From Pseudogymnoascus verrucosus (lineage: Eukaryota), in the NCBI GenBank assembly GCA_001662655.1, contig KV460249.1: a DNA stretch of 64,000 bases; one strand, 5' to 3'. The position numbers and the translations under genes are program-made. The notes under the pieces are model-generated. The model saw nothing but the letters and a program-made list of their open reading frames with translations, was not told the origin of the DNA and ran no database searches. Below, piece by piece: positions 24,400 through 36,967 of the stretch; the stretch's first letter is position 1, and every line of letters starts with the position of its first letter.

Positions 24400-25760
24400 G
24401 TCTACAACAGGGAAAGCGTTGCTAAGCCTATATAGCCGCTCTAGCGCCCTCGCTGCTTAAACGCATTATACCCGCCTACGCTAGCGTTACCTCAAACATA
24501 AATCCAACGCTGTTTCCACCTCAACTCACCTCAACACCTCTCGATTAGCTGCCCCTATTTCTTGCTCATTAAGTAGAGTAGAGGCCTTGCAGCCTACGGC
24601 CTTATCTTGCTCGTTCTTTGTAGGTCTAGCCTCTTTAAGACCTGCATTTATCACAACGTGCATCTATCTAGCTAACTTGTGTGTTTCGCAATATAGTAGT
24701 AGTTTCGATACCTTATTATTCGCATCTTGTACCTAGAAACCTAGGCCTGTATAGGGCTAGAGAACCCTAGTTACCTCTCGCTCTGCCTTGCTATCAGCCT
24801 TAATTTAGGCTACGGAGACAGCAAGACAGCAAGGACGCTATTGCCCTCTCCCGCTAGGAAATGCCATAGACCTGCAGTTTAATGAGCATGACAACACAGC
24901 TCAGCTTTAGCCATGACACAGTTATTCTGCTTTCGCTATGTCTTGTGCTGCGTTGTTTCCCTTGATGTCTGTTCCTTTCGTTTCCAAATGGTTCTAAGGT
25001 AGCCTAAATGTAAGCGCACTAGTTCAGCTAGGGCTTCTTGTGGCGTGCGTTGAGTCGGGCAGTGCTTATGTGGATGCCCCTCCAACTAGGGCTTCCGACC
25101 TTCCTTAGGTTGCGAAGTGCGAATACAACTCTAAATGGGACTTCGCCTAGCCTGCCTCTAGTTGAGCAGTTGCTTGTGTGGATTCTAGTCTAATAGGAGC
25201 TTCTCCAAACTGCCTCGAGTTGAGAAGATACTCATGCGGACGCTTGTCTAATTGTGGCCTTACCCGCTGCCTTGAGCTAGGTAGTGCCTATGTAGATACT
25301 AGTCTAATTGGGAATCCTTAGGACCGCCTTAAGTTGAGAAGGTGCTCATAGAGACACTTCTCTAATTGGGGCTTCCTCTAGTTAAGAAGGTGCTAATGCG
25401 GACACTTGTCTAATTAGGGCTTTATCTAACCTGCCTTGAGTTGGCAGTACTTGTGTAGATACTAGTCTAATTAGGGCTTCTTATGAGTTGGGCAGTGCTT
25501 GTGCTAGTACTAGTCTAACTAGGGACTTACCTAACCTCCTTGAGCTGAGTAGCTTCGCAATGCACAGCCCTAGCTTAGGGTTACTAACAAATGTAAGCCG
25601 CTAGAAGATATCTATAAGGCAGGAGATAACGACATTTAAATCTAGATTACCTAATGTGCCAAAGTCTAAAAGACTAGGTAGTTAGAGTAGGGGACGGGTT
25701 ACACTGCTATACTCCTTGTTGCATGGATGTTGATATACCTAGTCTAGCTAATGCTGCCAT
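24400..25760 (-). pseudogene. RIP-degraded gene with internal ~60-nt coding tandem repeats (EAPIGPVSTQALPNSRQVG-like) at ~25040-25550
   Basis: Degenerate repeats visible as TCTAATTGGGGCTTC units. Candidate ATG at 25760, many TAG/TAA stops; 3' limit approximate. Confidence 0.5.
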
Positions 25761-26239
25761 TTCTAACGCCATTTAAGTCCTATTTAAGAATTACCTAACC
25801 CTTCTTAAGGGACGACTGTGATTGTACTATATCTAGGCCTATAGAACACGACAATTCGAGCGTTGCACACTAGTGAGACTACGAGGCGCCTGCATAAGGA
25901 GGTTGAAAAGCCATGCTAAGGATTTAAGGAGGTTAGGCAGGTTTCTGTCTCCCCTGTAATATTGGATATTTGCCAGCTTAACTACAGTAGATACGACGAG
26001 CATTGTTCGCTACTGTCGTTGCTAATAGTCATTAAAAGGTAGGGATGCAAAAATGACAAGAAGGGAAATACTCCTACGTTAAGTCTATAAGAAGGCCTAA
26101 AGTGCACATTTCACTCTATAGTTTTTCTTTCGATAGTAGGACTACTCTTATTTCACTAGCATTGAAAATGAATACTTTATGCGTTATCCCTTATAAATAC
26201 ATCCCTTACAAGACTTAACGAAAGGATTATAGTGCAAGA

Positions 26240-27500
26240 TGTTAAGTAGAGATCGGTACTACCCGCTATAGTAGCCATCTTAAAGGTGGAAACGACTCTT
26301 GTTGTGCGTTAGAGATCTAACAAACTACCCTAAATATCTACAATCTAGAAGATGAAAGTTAAGTTAGTAAGCTAGCTCTAGACGATACTCCTAACTTTCC
26401 TAATCTTAGCGATTCGGAAATACATAGTAGTCTTACTAGCAATCAAGGTAGACATGCAACTTCACAGTATTGCAATATCCTGCTGATAGTGTGTATTTAG
26501 CTAGGCTAATTGATCTCGAGAACGAAGTCAACAACTCTAGCAATTTCATATTAGAAACAACGTACGTTAGTGCAGCTAAGCATAGCATTAACAGGAGGAG
26601 TCTAGTTGCTCCTAAATCTAGAGATTACAATAATAGGACGGATTAAGAGCTAGCTAGTAAGGAGGTATTAACACTTAATTCTGTTAGCTCTCCTATATGC
26701 TATCTATATAGCTTCGATGTGATTACATTTGCTAGGAGCCCCCCTAGTTAGGATGACGAGGATTCTACTATTGCTAGGGAACTAGAGATATTATCTCTTA
26801 ATGGCTTTAGTAAGCCAGATGAAGAATATCGATAGAAAAACGAAAGCGTACCTTAGGGCTATACTATCATCGTTAAGCGCAACGAGGTTTATAGGGGAAT
26901 GCAACCCTATAAGCAAACACTAGGCAACAATACTATAAGGAAAGCGAGCATTATAGCTATACGAGACAACGTAGGAAATACGTAGGGTCTCTAATATCTA
27001 AAACGGACAAGAGCCTCTAATGTTGACAAGACTACTGCTTATTAGAGTTAATTGAAGCAATAACGCCTATTGCTACTAGATTTAGAAAATGACAGTAGTA
27101 GTAGCAAGGATGATAACGAGGATAACGCTAACTACGAACTTAATGAAACCTATAATGACAGCTATGTCTCATTACCTTCCTTAGCTTGCAATTTAGAAGA
27201 ACGGCTAGTTTAAGGCGTCTATAGTAACAATATTATCAATCTAGAAATGCTCATTCTAGTATATATCCCTTAAAAGTATCTTTAGTACCTCGCCCTTTAG
27301 CAAAGCATGCATTCTATAACAGCTAGAGTTAAATTATACAACTTAAAGCGAAAATCTACATTAGTTAAAGCTATAGGGACAAGATATACTAAAGATGACG
27401 ACAAGCAACTACTTGAATTAAAGGAGGAAAGGGGGATGTCATAGTAGGAAATATAGAGGGAGTATTTCCTATAGAGAGAGATTAACTCCCTATAGGTACA
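26240..27500 (+). pseudogene. RIP-degraded gene ending in a Myb/SANT-like domain, cut by an LTR
   Basis: 27385-27500 reads YTKDDDKQLLELKEERGMS**EI*REYFL*REINSL*V, which resembles fungal Myb-like repeats. 5' limit approximate. Confidence 0.55.
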
Positions 27501-28031
27501 TATAATGCTAGGTCTTAAACTATAAGACTTATAGAGGTTTCGTTACGTTAGTTTACTTAATAGAGGAGGCAGGGGATTAGACACTAAAGGCTTTCGTAAA
27601 ACACGTTATAGTATATAACAAAATACTATATTAAGTTGAGCACGAAGCTCCTATCTAAGGAATAACTATCTACTTATATAGTAGCGTCATGCTAAAGGGA
27701 ATAGTTGGAATAGCAGACTCTCTAACTATTCTCACTATTCCTACTAATCTAATTACATGTGTGTCCTATAAGAGGTGCTACACTTATTGTAGGTACTGAT
27801 TCCTATAGGTGCCTTTCTAAGGAGGCACCTTGCTCTACATAGGTGCCTTTCCTAATAGGCACCTCTCTTTAGCTAGGTACCTTCTAAGAAAGGTACCTTT
27901 TCCTAAAGGTGCCCTTATTAACTAAGCTACCTATAATCTCTACGTCCATTTCCTACTGCTAATTAGCTACAAGCTATTTTACCTTATTATTCTATCTTGT
28001 AGCATATAGGTTGTATGTTTTAGCTGTAACA
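27501..28031 (-). mobile_element. Solo LTR (Ty3/Gypsy), RIP-mutated, without a matching TSD
   Basis: Near-identical to the LTR at 57483-58011. Flanks are GTACA and GCAAG. Confidence 0.9.
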
Positions 28032-29803
28032 GCAAGGTGCTTAATCGTTATAATCTAATCATTGATTTCGTTGCAGTTATACCATCCTTAACTTAGGTAA
28101 ATGCTTAAAGCATCTTTATATATGTCGAGTAGCGTTTTCAACTCTATACGTATACAATCTAGCATGCCTATTTTTTAAATAAGTCTGCATGTCGACTAAT
28201 GTAGCTTATGGAAAGAGTTGAAAGACTCTGCATTAAAAGACCCTAATGCATCTCGATTTTTCACAGCAGAGAGACGATATTTCTAGGCAGGGACTACATT
28301 CATCACTTCCTATAGCACGTCTCTAATTAGTATCTAGCAAGCATTTGCAGGTTGCTTTGTCTTACCTTTAACGCAAGCTGTTCTATGATTTCATTTCCTA
28401 TTGCAACATCTTTCACTATATGTGTTAACCTAATATTCAGCCGTACTTTCAATTGTTCTAGTAGCTTAGCCACAGTTGAATTATCCACTCCTACGTCCTA
28501 GCTGTTAACACTAATCGTATCAACGTCGGCAATAGTAGGTGATAATGGGCCGGAGGAATTATTAGGGATACTAGACAGCTGAAGGCGTTTCTAATAATCT
28601 GCTATAGCTAAGGGAAAGCTAGCAACGTCTAGGTTGTCTTTTCCGCTATTAAGTTCTAGCTTAGTCTCATTACAAAGAACCTATTTGTGTTAGAAAAAGG
28701 CAAGCAGGATATCTTAGAGTTAACATACTTGTAGCGTCGGCTTCTCCTCCTTATTTCTTTTAGTACCTCTATTTATATCATCATTACTCTTTCGTTTCTT
28801 AGGTTTTAATAGGACCATTTCAAAAGGCGGGGGCGAGAGCTTTAACGTATTAGAGCAGCCTAACTTTTAGGCGTTAGTAGTAGTAGGCAGGGCAAAGTCT
28901 AACGGCAAGAAAATTAAAGGAACAGAGCCCTCCCTAGGAGGCCTTTGTGGGAAATCCATGCTAAATATTATTAACTAAGTTAAAAACTTTCCTTAGCGTT
29001 AGAAACAAATCAATTAGACAGGAAGAGGGGGGGGCTGGCTTCTTTATAAGTTAGATGAGCATGCCGTCGTTTATATCTATAGATACTAACAAAACCGATT
29101 TACTATGTAGTAGTGGGAAGTAGGCTGTAAATATTGTACTACTATGTTATAATCTAAAACAAATGCTAACCCCTTGTTTCGCGCTAGCGTATACACTAGC
29201 CTAGTGCGGGAAAGGGCGCCTAGGGGTTAAAGACCTAGCTTACAAAGCACCTACCTAGATAAGGGGAAGTAGATAGGAAGAGCGTTGATTATAGAGGTGT
29301 GCTGCCCTGTTCTAGGGTGTGGCGCGAAGGCATGGAATAAACGAATAGAACATGTTTCGAGGCATTAGGAGAGTGTAGCGAAGGGGAGCGAGAGTAGAGG
29401 GGGGGTGGGAGCTAGCTAGTGTGTAAGGGTGTAGGAGGTAGATGTAGAGTGTAAGCAGAGGGAGGGCGGTTAAGGAAAACGAGGGGCGGCAATGTGGGTT
29501 TTTAGCTGCCTTTAGGCAGGGTTTTACTAATCTAACCTTTGGATTTCCTCTTTAGCTAATTACTTATTACCCTTCTTTATACGAAAATTTACCTAACATC
29601 ATTATACATCGCTTTACGTATATTATATAAAAAATACTATAACATAACAGCAAAATCATAAATTACTCTCTGCCTAACATCCTATGTTACCTTACACTAT
29701 TAGATTAATAGTATTTATCTGTATATAAACTATAAAGGCCTAGATCTTGTAAAAAGCCTTCATTGTAACGAAGATCGTTAATACATTTAAAAAATGCTTA
29801 GTG

Positions 29804-30334
29804 TGTTATAGCTAAAACATACAACCTATATGCTATAAGATAGAATAATAAGGTAAAATAGCTTATAGCTAATTAGCAGTAGGAAATGGACGTAGAGATT
29901 GTAGGTAGCTTAGTTAATAAGGGCACCTTTAGGAAAAGGTACCTTTCTTAGAAGGTACCTAGCTAAAGAGAGGTGCCTATTAGGAAAGGCACCTATATAG
30001 AGTAAGGTGCCTCCTTAAAAAGGCACCTATAGGAATCGGTACCTATAATAAGTATAGCACCTCTTATAGGACACACACGTAATTAGATTAGTAGGAATAG
30101 TAAGAATAGTTAGAGAGTCTGCTATTCTAACTATTCCCTTTAGCATAACGCTACTATATAAGTAGATAGTTATTCCTTAGATAGGAGCTTTGTGCTTAAC
30201 TTAATATAGTATTTTGTTATATACTATAACGTGTTTTATAAAAGCCTTTAGTGTCTAATCCCCTACCTCCTCTATTAAGTAAACTAACATAACAAAACCT
30301 CTATAAGTCTTATAGTTTAAGACCTAGCGTTATA
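29804..30334 (+). mobile_element. Solo LTR (Ty3/Gypsy), RIP-mutated, opposite orientation, without a matching TSD
   Basis: Reverse complement of the 27501 copy and matches the LTR at 60158. Flanks are TAGTG and GAAGT. Confidence 0.9.
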
Positions 30335-31199
30335 GAAGTATCTTAAGGTTAATTAAGCAGTCTCTATTAAACTTAGTGCTACTAGACAAGAGACGCCTGT
30401 TTTTCTCCTAGTTCTGTTTCTCATTGCAGAGGATATTCTACTTAAATATAACGTCTCTGTCTTTAAAGGTAAACTTAAGAGCGCCTTTATATAGTTGTGT
30501 TCTCATTAATTTGTTAATACTATACTAGGAATAATTGCAACCATCTACAATTCCTTTAAGTTCTAATAGGACCTCTTAGTCTAATAGCGCTTTAATTTGT
30601 AAAACCTCTTGCTTTAGCTAAAGCGTAAACCTAGCTAGAGTAGTGTCCTTAGTCATTATACCCTAAGTATGTTTGTTAGTAGCCATTGTTAATAATAGAG
30701 GAAAGAAAATGCTGCTTAGCTACATAGAATGATGTATTATAAGTTTATTTTGCAGCTAATTAGGACTTTTAAGGAGAGGTAGGAGAACCATTTAGAGCAT
30801 TAGACTTAAGTAGGCCATTAGACTTAAGGGGGCCATTAGACTTAAGGGGGCCATTAGTCTAAGGCGTACTAGTTTCTTGTTTGGAATGGACAGCCAACTT
30901 AATGCTAAAATCTCAGTATGCTTAATTTTAACTTCTGTCTTTAAACTATAGCTAACGTTAGAACCCTAGATATTCTACAAAACGCTAAGAGTATGTAAGT
31001 GTAGGGGGGACCCTATCGGTTAAGCCTTAAAAAACTTTCCTTATATAGAAAATAAGAAAGTTAAGAATGTAATAACTTCTCTAAGCTTATGAAATATGAA
31101 ATTTGCTCAACTTCTAAATATTCTCTAAGGAGTGCTATAACTGTCTATACTATATTGTGTTCTTAATTTTGCTAGATTTGTTTTGCTGTTTCCATTCTT

Positions 31200-33024
31200 G
31201 CTACTTTTCCTGAATTTAATGCTACGTCTTGTCTAGGTGCATAGGAGATATTAATGCGTACAAAAATTCTAAGATGCTTAAAGTTAAAGTAACTATCAAT
31301 TTTCTCAACACATAGGCTTCTTGCTACAAAGAGAGGGGTACTGTTGTAATTAGACTCTTAACAAGTTCGTAAGCAGACAAGGTATAAGCTCTATATAGCG
31401 TAAATATTAGAAACGAAAGTTTATTCCATTTATACTATTAATTGTAAACTAGAGCGCTAATAGTATAGCTACATACGTGCTCAACAATTAGTACACTATG
31501 CTTAGTTAGCCTAACTTTTAAAGACTATAATGGTGTGTGTAGTAATGATAGTTGTTAATGTAACAGTGCTGGTTGTCGTCAATGAAGAAGCTGTAGACAC
31601 AGTAGATTTAAAAGTAGATTTAGAAGCGGAGTTACAGTTAGGCATTCTAGCTCTAAGGTTAGCGTAAGTCGAATCTAGATATACAAGTCTGTTTAAGGTC
31701 ATCTTAAGGCCTAAACCATCTTAACCACCTAATGCTAAGTAGACACTCCTAATTAGGCTCTTGCTTCCTAAGGCATCAGCGCTGCTCTCCTACTACATAG
31801 CGCTACTAAGTCCTCTTTTCTAGATCTACGCTGCCTTTTGATTTACCATTTTAATATTATCATAGCTAATAAACTCTCTCTTCGTAGCATCATAGCTATA
31901 GCTCACTCCTAGCTTGCTGTTAAATTGCTCTTTAGCCCCTATTAAAGGCAATTCTTTGAAATTATAAATGCCTAGCTCCTAGGTTCCTAGGCTAACGCTA
32001 ACGAATGGTGATCTAGCACTAGCAGTTGAATTAAAAGCACGGCTATATATAGGAATACCAAGTACTATATTTTGCGGCGCAACGCCTTTAGAAATGTAAT
32101 AGTTAACAGCAGTTAGTGTATTAAATGGCGTCGAGCTATCGTTCGTAGGGAAAAGGTTTGCTTAGTGGCCTGTCTGTGGACTCCTAGACTAGACATAATC
32201 GTATGCTATAAGGTTCTAGAAATTGACGTATTAGTCCATCTTAGCTATTATTAACTTTTCATAATTAGACGGGCCTATAGGGCATGCAACTGTAAGCGTG
32301 AAGTAGTATGGCGTGCTAAGTAAGTTGCTATATGTATCAAGGGCATCCCTAACAGCTTAAAGTAGAAGGACAAAATTTTGTGCTTAAGTAGCATCTACTA
32401 GATATTCCTAATTAATATTAAGCCCGTTAAGTCCGAGATTCTGTATAAGTGAGACTGCAGATGAGGCAAAGGTAGAGCGACTAGACGTAGTTGTAGCTAG
32501 AGTTGTAAAGTTTGCTAAATAGGTCTAGCTGCTAATCGAAAGTAGAACCTTTAGGTGCTGGTTTTTTTTTTTTAGGATGTAGAGCTGATTTAGACAGCCA
32601 TAGAGATTACCACTAGTGTCGTCTATAGGATTACCTTCAAAATGTATATTAGTATCGGCCTATTAATCCGACAAGAATCTAGTTTATTCTAATAGTTAGA
32701 TAATATAATTTTACTGTTTAAGGTAGACCTACACGTTCCCTGTCTCTAGGTTGATATTTGCGAAGGCATATAGCACATACGTAATCTTATCTGCTAGTAT
32801 GTCTTAGGGAAAGAACTTTCTCCTATAGATTGCCCTATAACTGTTAGCTTTAGACGCATATGGAAGGGCAAGAAGGAGGCAAACCAATTTACGTAATATG
32901 CAACATTACAATAGCCATCGCCTTTTGGCTAGGAGGCTGTACAGCTTTCTACAAGTGAAGATGTATGTCTAAACGAACACCTGCATACAAGCAACAAGAT
33001 TGCTAATTTAAAAAGCCTTGCCAT
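31200..33024 (-). pseudogene. GH18 chitinase pseudogene (RIP) with signal peptide and Ser/Thr-rich C-terminal region
   Basis: NVAYYVNW, YVLYAFANI, LYGCLNQLYILKKKNQHLKVLLSI and LGLNGLNIN*EYL (de-RIP: GLDIDWEYP catalytic motif). Numerous stops; 3' limit approximate. Confidence 0.85.
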
Positions 33025-34027
33025 GGTCTGTTTATAATTGTCTGTATAATATAAAATTCTGTTTATGAAGAGTTTTGTTATCTATTAAGTAGCTGAGGTT
33101 ATTTAGGGTGGACGTAAGGGGGCGTCTAAAGAAAGGGGGCCCTCTAAAGAAAGGGGACCCCTAAAGAAAAGGGGCCTTCTAAAGGTAGAATGGCTTCTGC
33201 AAAAGTCTAACTTAGAATTGATTAGCGAGATTTAAGAGCAAAATCGAATCCCGATACTGTATACTGTAACCACTATTTGTTTCGGGGTCCATTAGTAGGC
33301 ATTACAATGCTGCTAGCCACCCGCCTACGTAGCCCCTAATTACAGGCGCATCGTTACGTAAGCTAAGAGTACTGACAGCTCACCTTGCCTCTAGCCTTTG
33401 AATTCGACAAGTCGGAGACGCTTAGCACTTTGAAAGTTCTATTAAGAAAGTACTGTATATGGCTGTACCGTAAAGCTTTGAAGACACACGGCGTAAGGGA
33501 TAGACAAAGGGGGAGGAGGTACACAAAACGCCAAGAGTCGCAGGGATGATTCACTTCCCTTACATAACGTCGTATTATATCATACATAAGTTATACTAGA
33601 TTCATAAACAGTAGGTCGCGTAATCTTGTATAGGGAAATCAGGTAACTTAGATGCGAAGGCATTCATCGTTCACGTTCAGTGAAACCCGTGACAATAGAG
33701 GATAGACCCTCACTTCCGTCACCTAGCCAACGATCCATTCCACCCTTTCATTAATTATCCTTCTCTCCCTTCCCTCCCTTCTCGCCCTTCTCGCCCTTCT
33801 TGCCCAGATCGCCCGGAGACACAAAGGCCACGAAGCGAAACACTCCCGCGATATCTGTTGGGCCAGCGTACTACAACTCCTATCTTGAAGCTATCCGCGA
33901 ACTTTATCCCAACATCCTTACTGTTACCCCGCTCTCGACCTTTCACGACAACCTCGAGTCTTTCGAATATTTATCCATACCTAACAAAAGGGACAATGGG
34001 AACAAAGAACTAAGATTATATACTCCT

Positions 34028-34891
34028 ATGACACGATCCTCCATCGACCAAACCATCCCCCTCAACCCCAACTAAGCACCGACTACACAACCGCCCTTGC
34101 CCTCCGCATCATCACTAGAGGACTAATTACACAATGAACTCTATAAGAAGTCCGTTTGTTTGTTTGTATAAGCGTCTTCAGCTAATGAAAGAAAGGCTTT
34201 AGAGGATACGTTCAATGCTACTGCCAGCACCATACAGCAACAAATTGGGCAGGAAGTATTTCCATTCTTGAAACTACCCTCCGAGCTCCGCAACGAAGTC
34301 TATAGAAACTTACTAGTTCACCACGAACCCGTTGGATTGAAGTTCGACCCTCGCGGAGAGAAATTTGAAACTTATTATGGGATGTTTCCTGAGATTTGCC
34401 GTACTAGTAAAACAGTCGCCTTCAAGAGTTTCGCTATACTGTACAGTGAGAACACATTCCGTTTTGCAGACTTTTTAGAGGAAATCCATACCCTATACTG
34501 CTCCTTTAATATGCTGAGGCACAATATTAGTCGGTGGGACAATACTAGTCTGATAGGCTATTATTACTCCTATTTTTATACAACTATCATGGTTGATGCC
34601 TTTTTGCACTTTGGTTAAGTTAGTGGGAATTTATATGAATGCAGCATATACACCCCGAACCTGAAGAAGTTACTGTTGCATTTGCCTGAAAGACTGCGGA
34701 CATTAACAATAGAGAACAAGAAACGGCTGCTCGACCTCAAAGCGGAAGCACCCAAACATGCTACCGTCGAATTTTGCGGCGCAACACCTGATATCATTGC
34801 AGAAGTCACAGATGCCTGGTCCAACTATATACCTAAAAAAACGGAAGAAGATGAGTGCGTATGTCAGACCCTAGTTGATCTACCATACTAA
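34028..34891 (+). pseudogene. F-box-like (FLKLPSELRNEVY motif) hypothetical gene with in-frame TAA stops
   Basis: FPFLKLPSELRNEVYRNLL and ILYSENTFRF motifs. Stops near 34073 and 34616 fit CAA/TGA-type point mutation. Confidence 0.55.
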
Positions 34892-36967
34892 CTATGCCAC
34901 AGGCCCATTCACTTCGTCGAGGGCCCGGATTGGTTTAAGAAGCAAGTGAGGACACACGGGGGCGAGCTTTATTTGCGTCTAAGGAAGTTGCTTATAAGTC
35001 GACGACCGATGCCGTTGCTAGTCCTCCCTCCCCTACCGACGTTGCAATTAGTGCGGAGGCCCACTGCTTAAAACTATCCTGCCATCCTTATCAAGTACCG
35101 CTCCTTTAGTGGTAAGTACTAGGCGTTTATTGTATCTTCGTGAATGATAGCTTTCATTTGCCGCTATTCCGAGAGCATCCTTTGGAACCCATATGATGCA
35201 CCTTAATATGCTGCCAGCATTCCCGCATTTAGAAAAGCACACTGTACAGGCGGTGTCAAATTTGTTGACCTGCTTACTTTCCACCTGTTTGTGATATCCA
35301 ACAATCTTACCCATGATTGAAGTTGGTCTCCAACTAAGCCCATCCCAATAACCCATTGTGCACTGGAATACAAGAGTGAAGAATACTAGGAATATCATAG
35401 CAATAGCTTGTGCAGCACAGACAGGCTCATCGTTGCTATCGCAGACGAGATAAAATAAACCACTAAGGCAGAGTTCCATACAGTACAAACTAGTGAATAG
35501 CTGGCGTATAGCAGTGGGATAAAACTGGCCGCGACTACATAATATCGAGTCTAACAGCTTTAGGGGGTGGCTTCGATATAGAATCCATAGCGCCCTAAAT
35601 ACTATGACACTAAACAGTAAAATGAGGGGAGCAATCACTGAATAGATTAGTCCTAAAACATTAATAATTAGCACTGAACACAGCTTGTCTACAGGGCGCA
35701 TACCTATACATGCAAGGTTTGTATATACTAGCACAAAGGTGCCCTAGAGCTTGATGTTGATTGCCTCGCTCCTCGTCCATTTCTGCCTCGCAGTCTTGTC
35801 TCGTATATACGAAAGAAGAAGATTCAACAGCTTTTCGCCGCATATGAGTGTAATGCTGATTGTTGAAGATGCCTTCAAGATGAAGTAGGAGAAGAAATAA
35901 TTGCTAGCCTTTGGCAAGTTCTGTGTAAGGACGAGGGGCACCGATTTGGCACTGCTTCTAAGCCCCGCAAGCACTGTTGTGATACTAGAGGACAGGGAAG
36001 CGACGAGGAAGACCTGAATAAAGAGGAAGGTAAAATAAAGCCTTTGCACCGAGCTCTCTACAGCCTGATGTGAATGTAACTTCTAGAAATTTACTAGGAC
36101 GCGTAGAGCCATGGGCACTAGTGAGATCCATACTGCTAGCATAATCGGAGGGAGGACACCTTGAATTGCAAGTACCAACTAACTTAGGAGCGTCTCTAGC
36201 CAGGCTAATTCTAGGATTATCCTAACGATATACGCGATTTGAGACACAGCACTAGTGATTGTGACAGGGAGGGCGTATCTAAGTATAAGCCTAGCAAAAA
36301 GAAAATAGGCTGTGACTGTCCGAATACATCTTTCCCACGGACGTATCAGGAGATTTGTCTATATAACATCATCATGCGTAGCCCCTTGCTTAATCGTCTA
36401 AAAAGACAGGCTTTGAGTAGCTAAAATCAGAACAGATAGTGGGTCCGAGAGTCGATGATTGAAATAAACAAACGTAGAGTTTAGAGACGGAAACGAGTAC
36501 AGCCGGAGTCTATCTCGCTCTGTATTAAGGCTGCATTGAACAATCTTAGAACGACAATACTGTATGGTGTCAACTCTAGGTCCAAAAAGTTGCTTCCACC
36601 TAGAAGTGGATGGGCTTATCGTAGGTCGGTCACTCTCGAGCAAATATCTCTTCCACAACAGCACAAAACTGTGTTGAGCCAATAGCGGCTGAGCAGGCAT
36701 TCCCTTAGAGCGGCTCGCTTTCCTAACCAGCTCCGTTTCGGCGGCCTCAAGCTTCGCGATCCAAGCATCCAGACGGGAAATCTTAGCATCAAGCACGCGA
36801 AAGTCGCGGTTTATCGTGATGCCCTGCACACCCCCAAACATGGCACTGAAATGTCTTTGAATTGCTTTGGGATGAAGCGGCTTCTTTGACGAAGAGATAA
36901 TGAGGATGCTAGATCCGGTAGACTGAGCGCCCAAGGACTCCTCAAACGCCCTAACAGAACGACAGGG

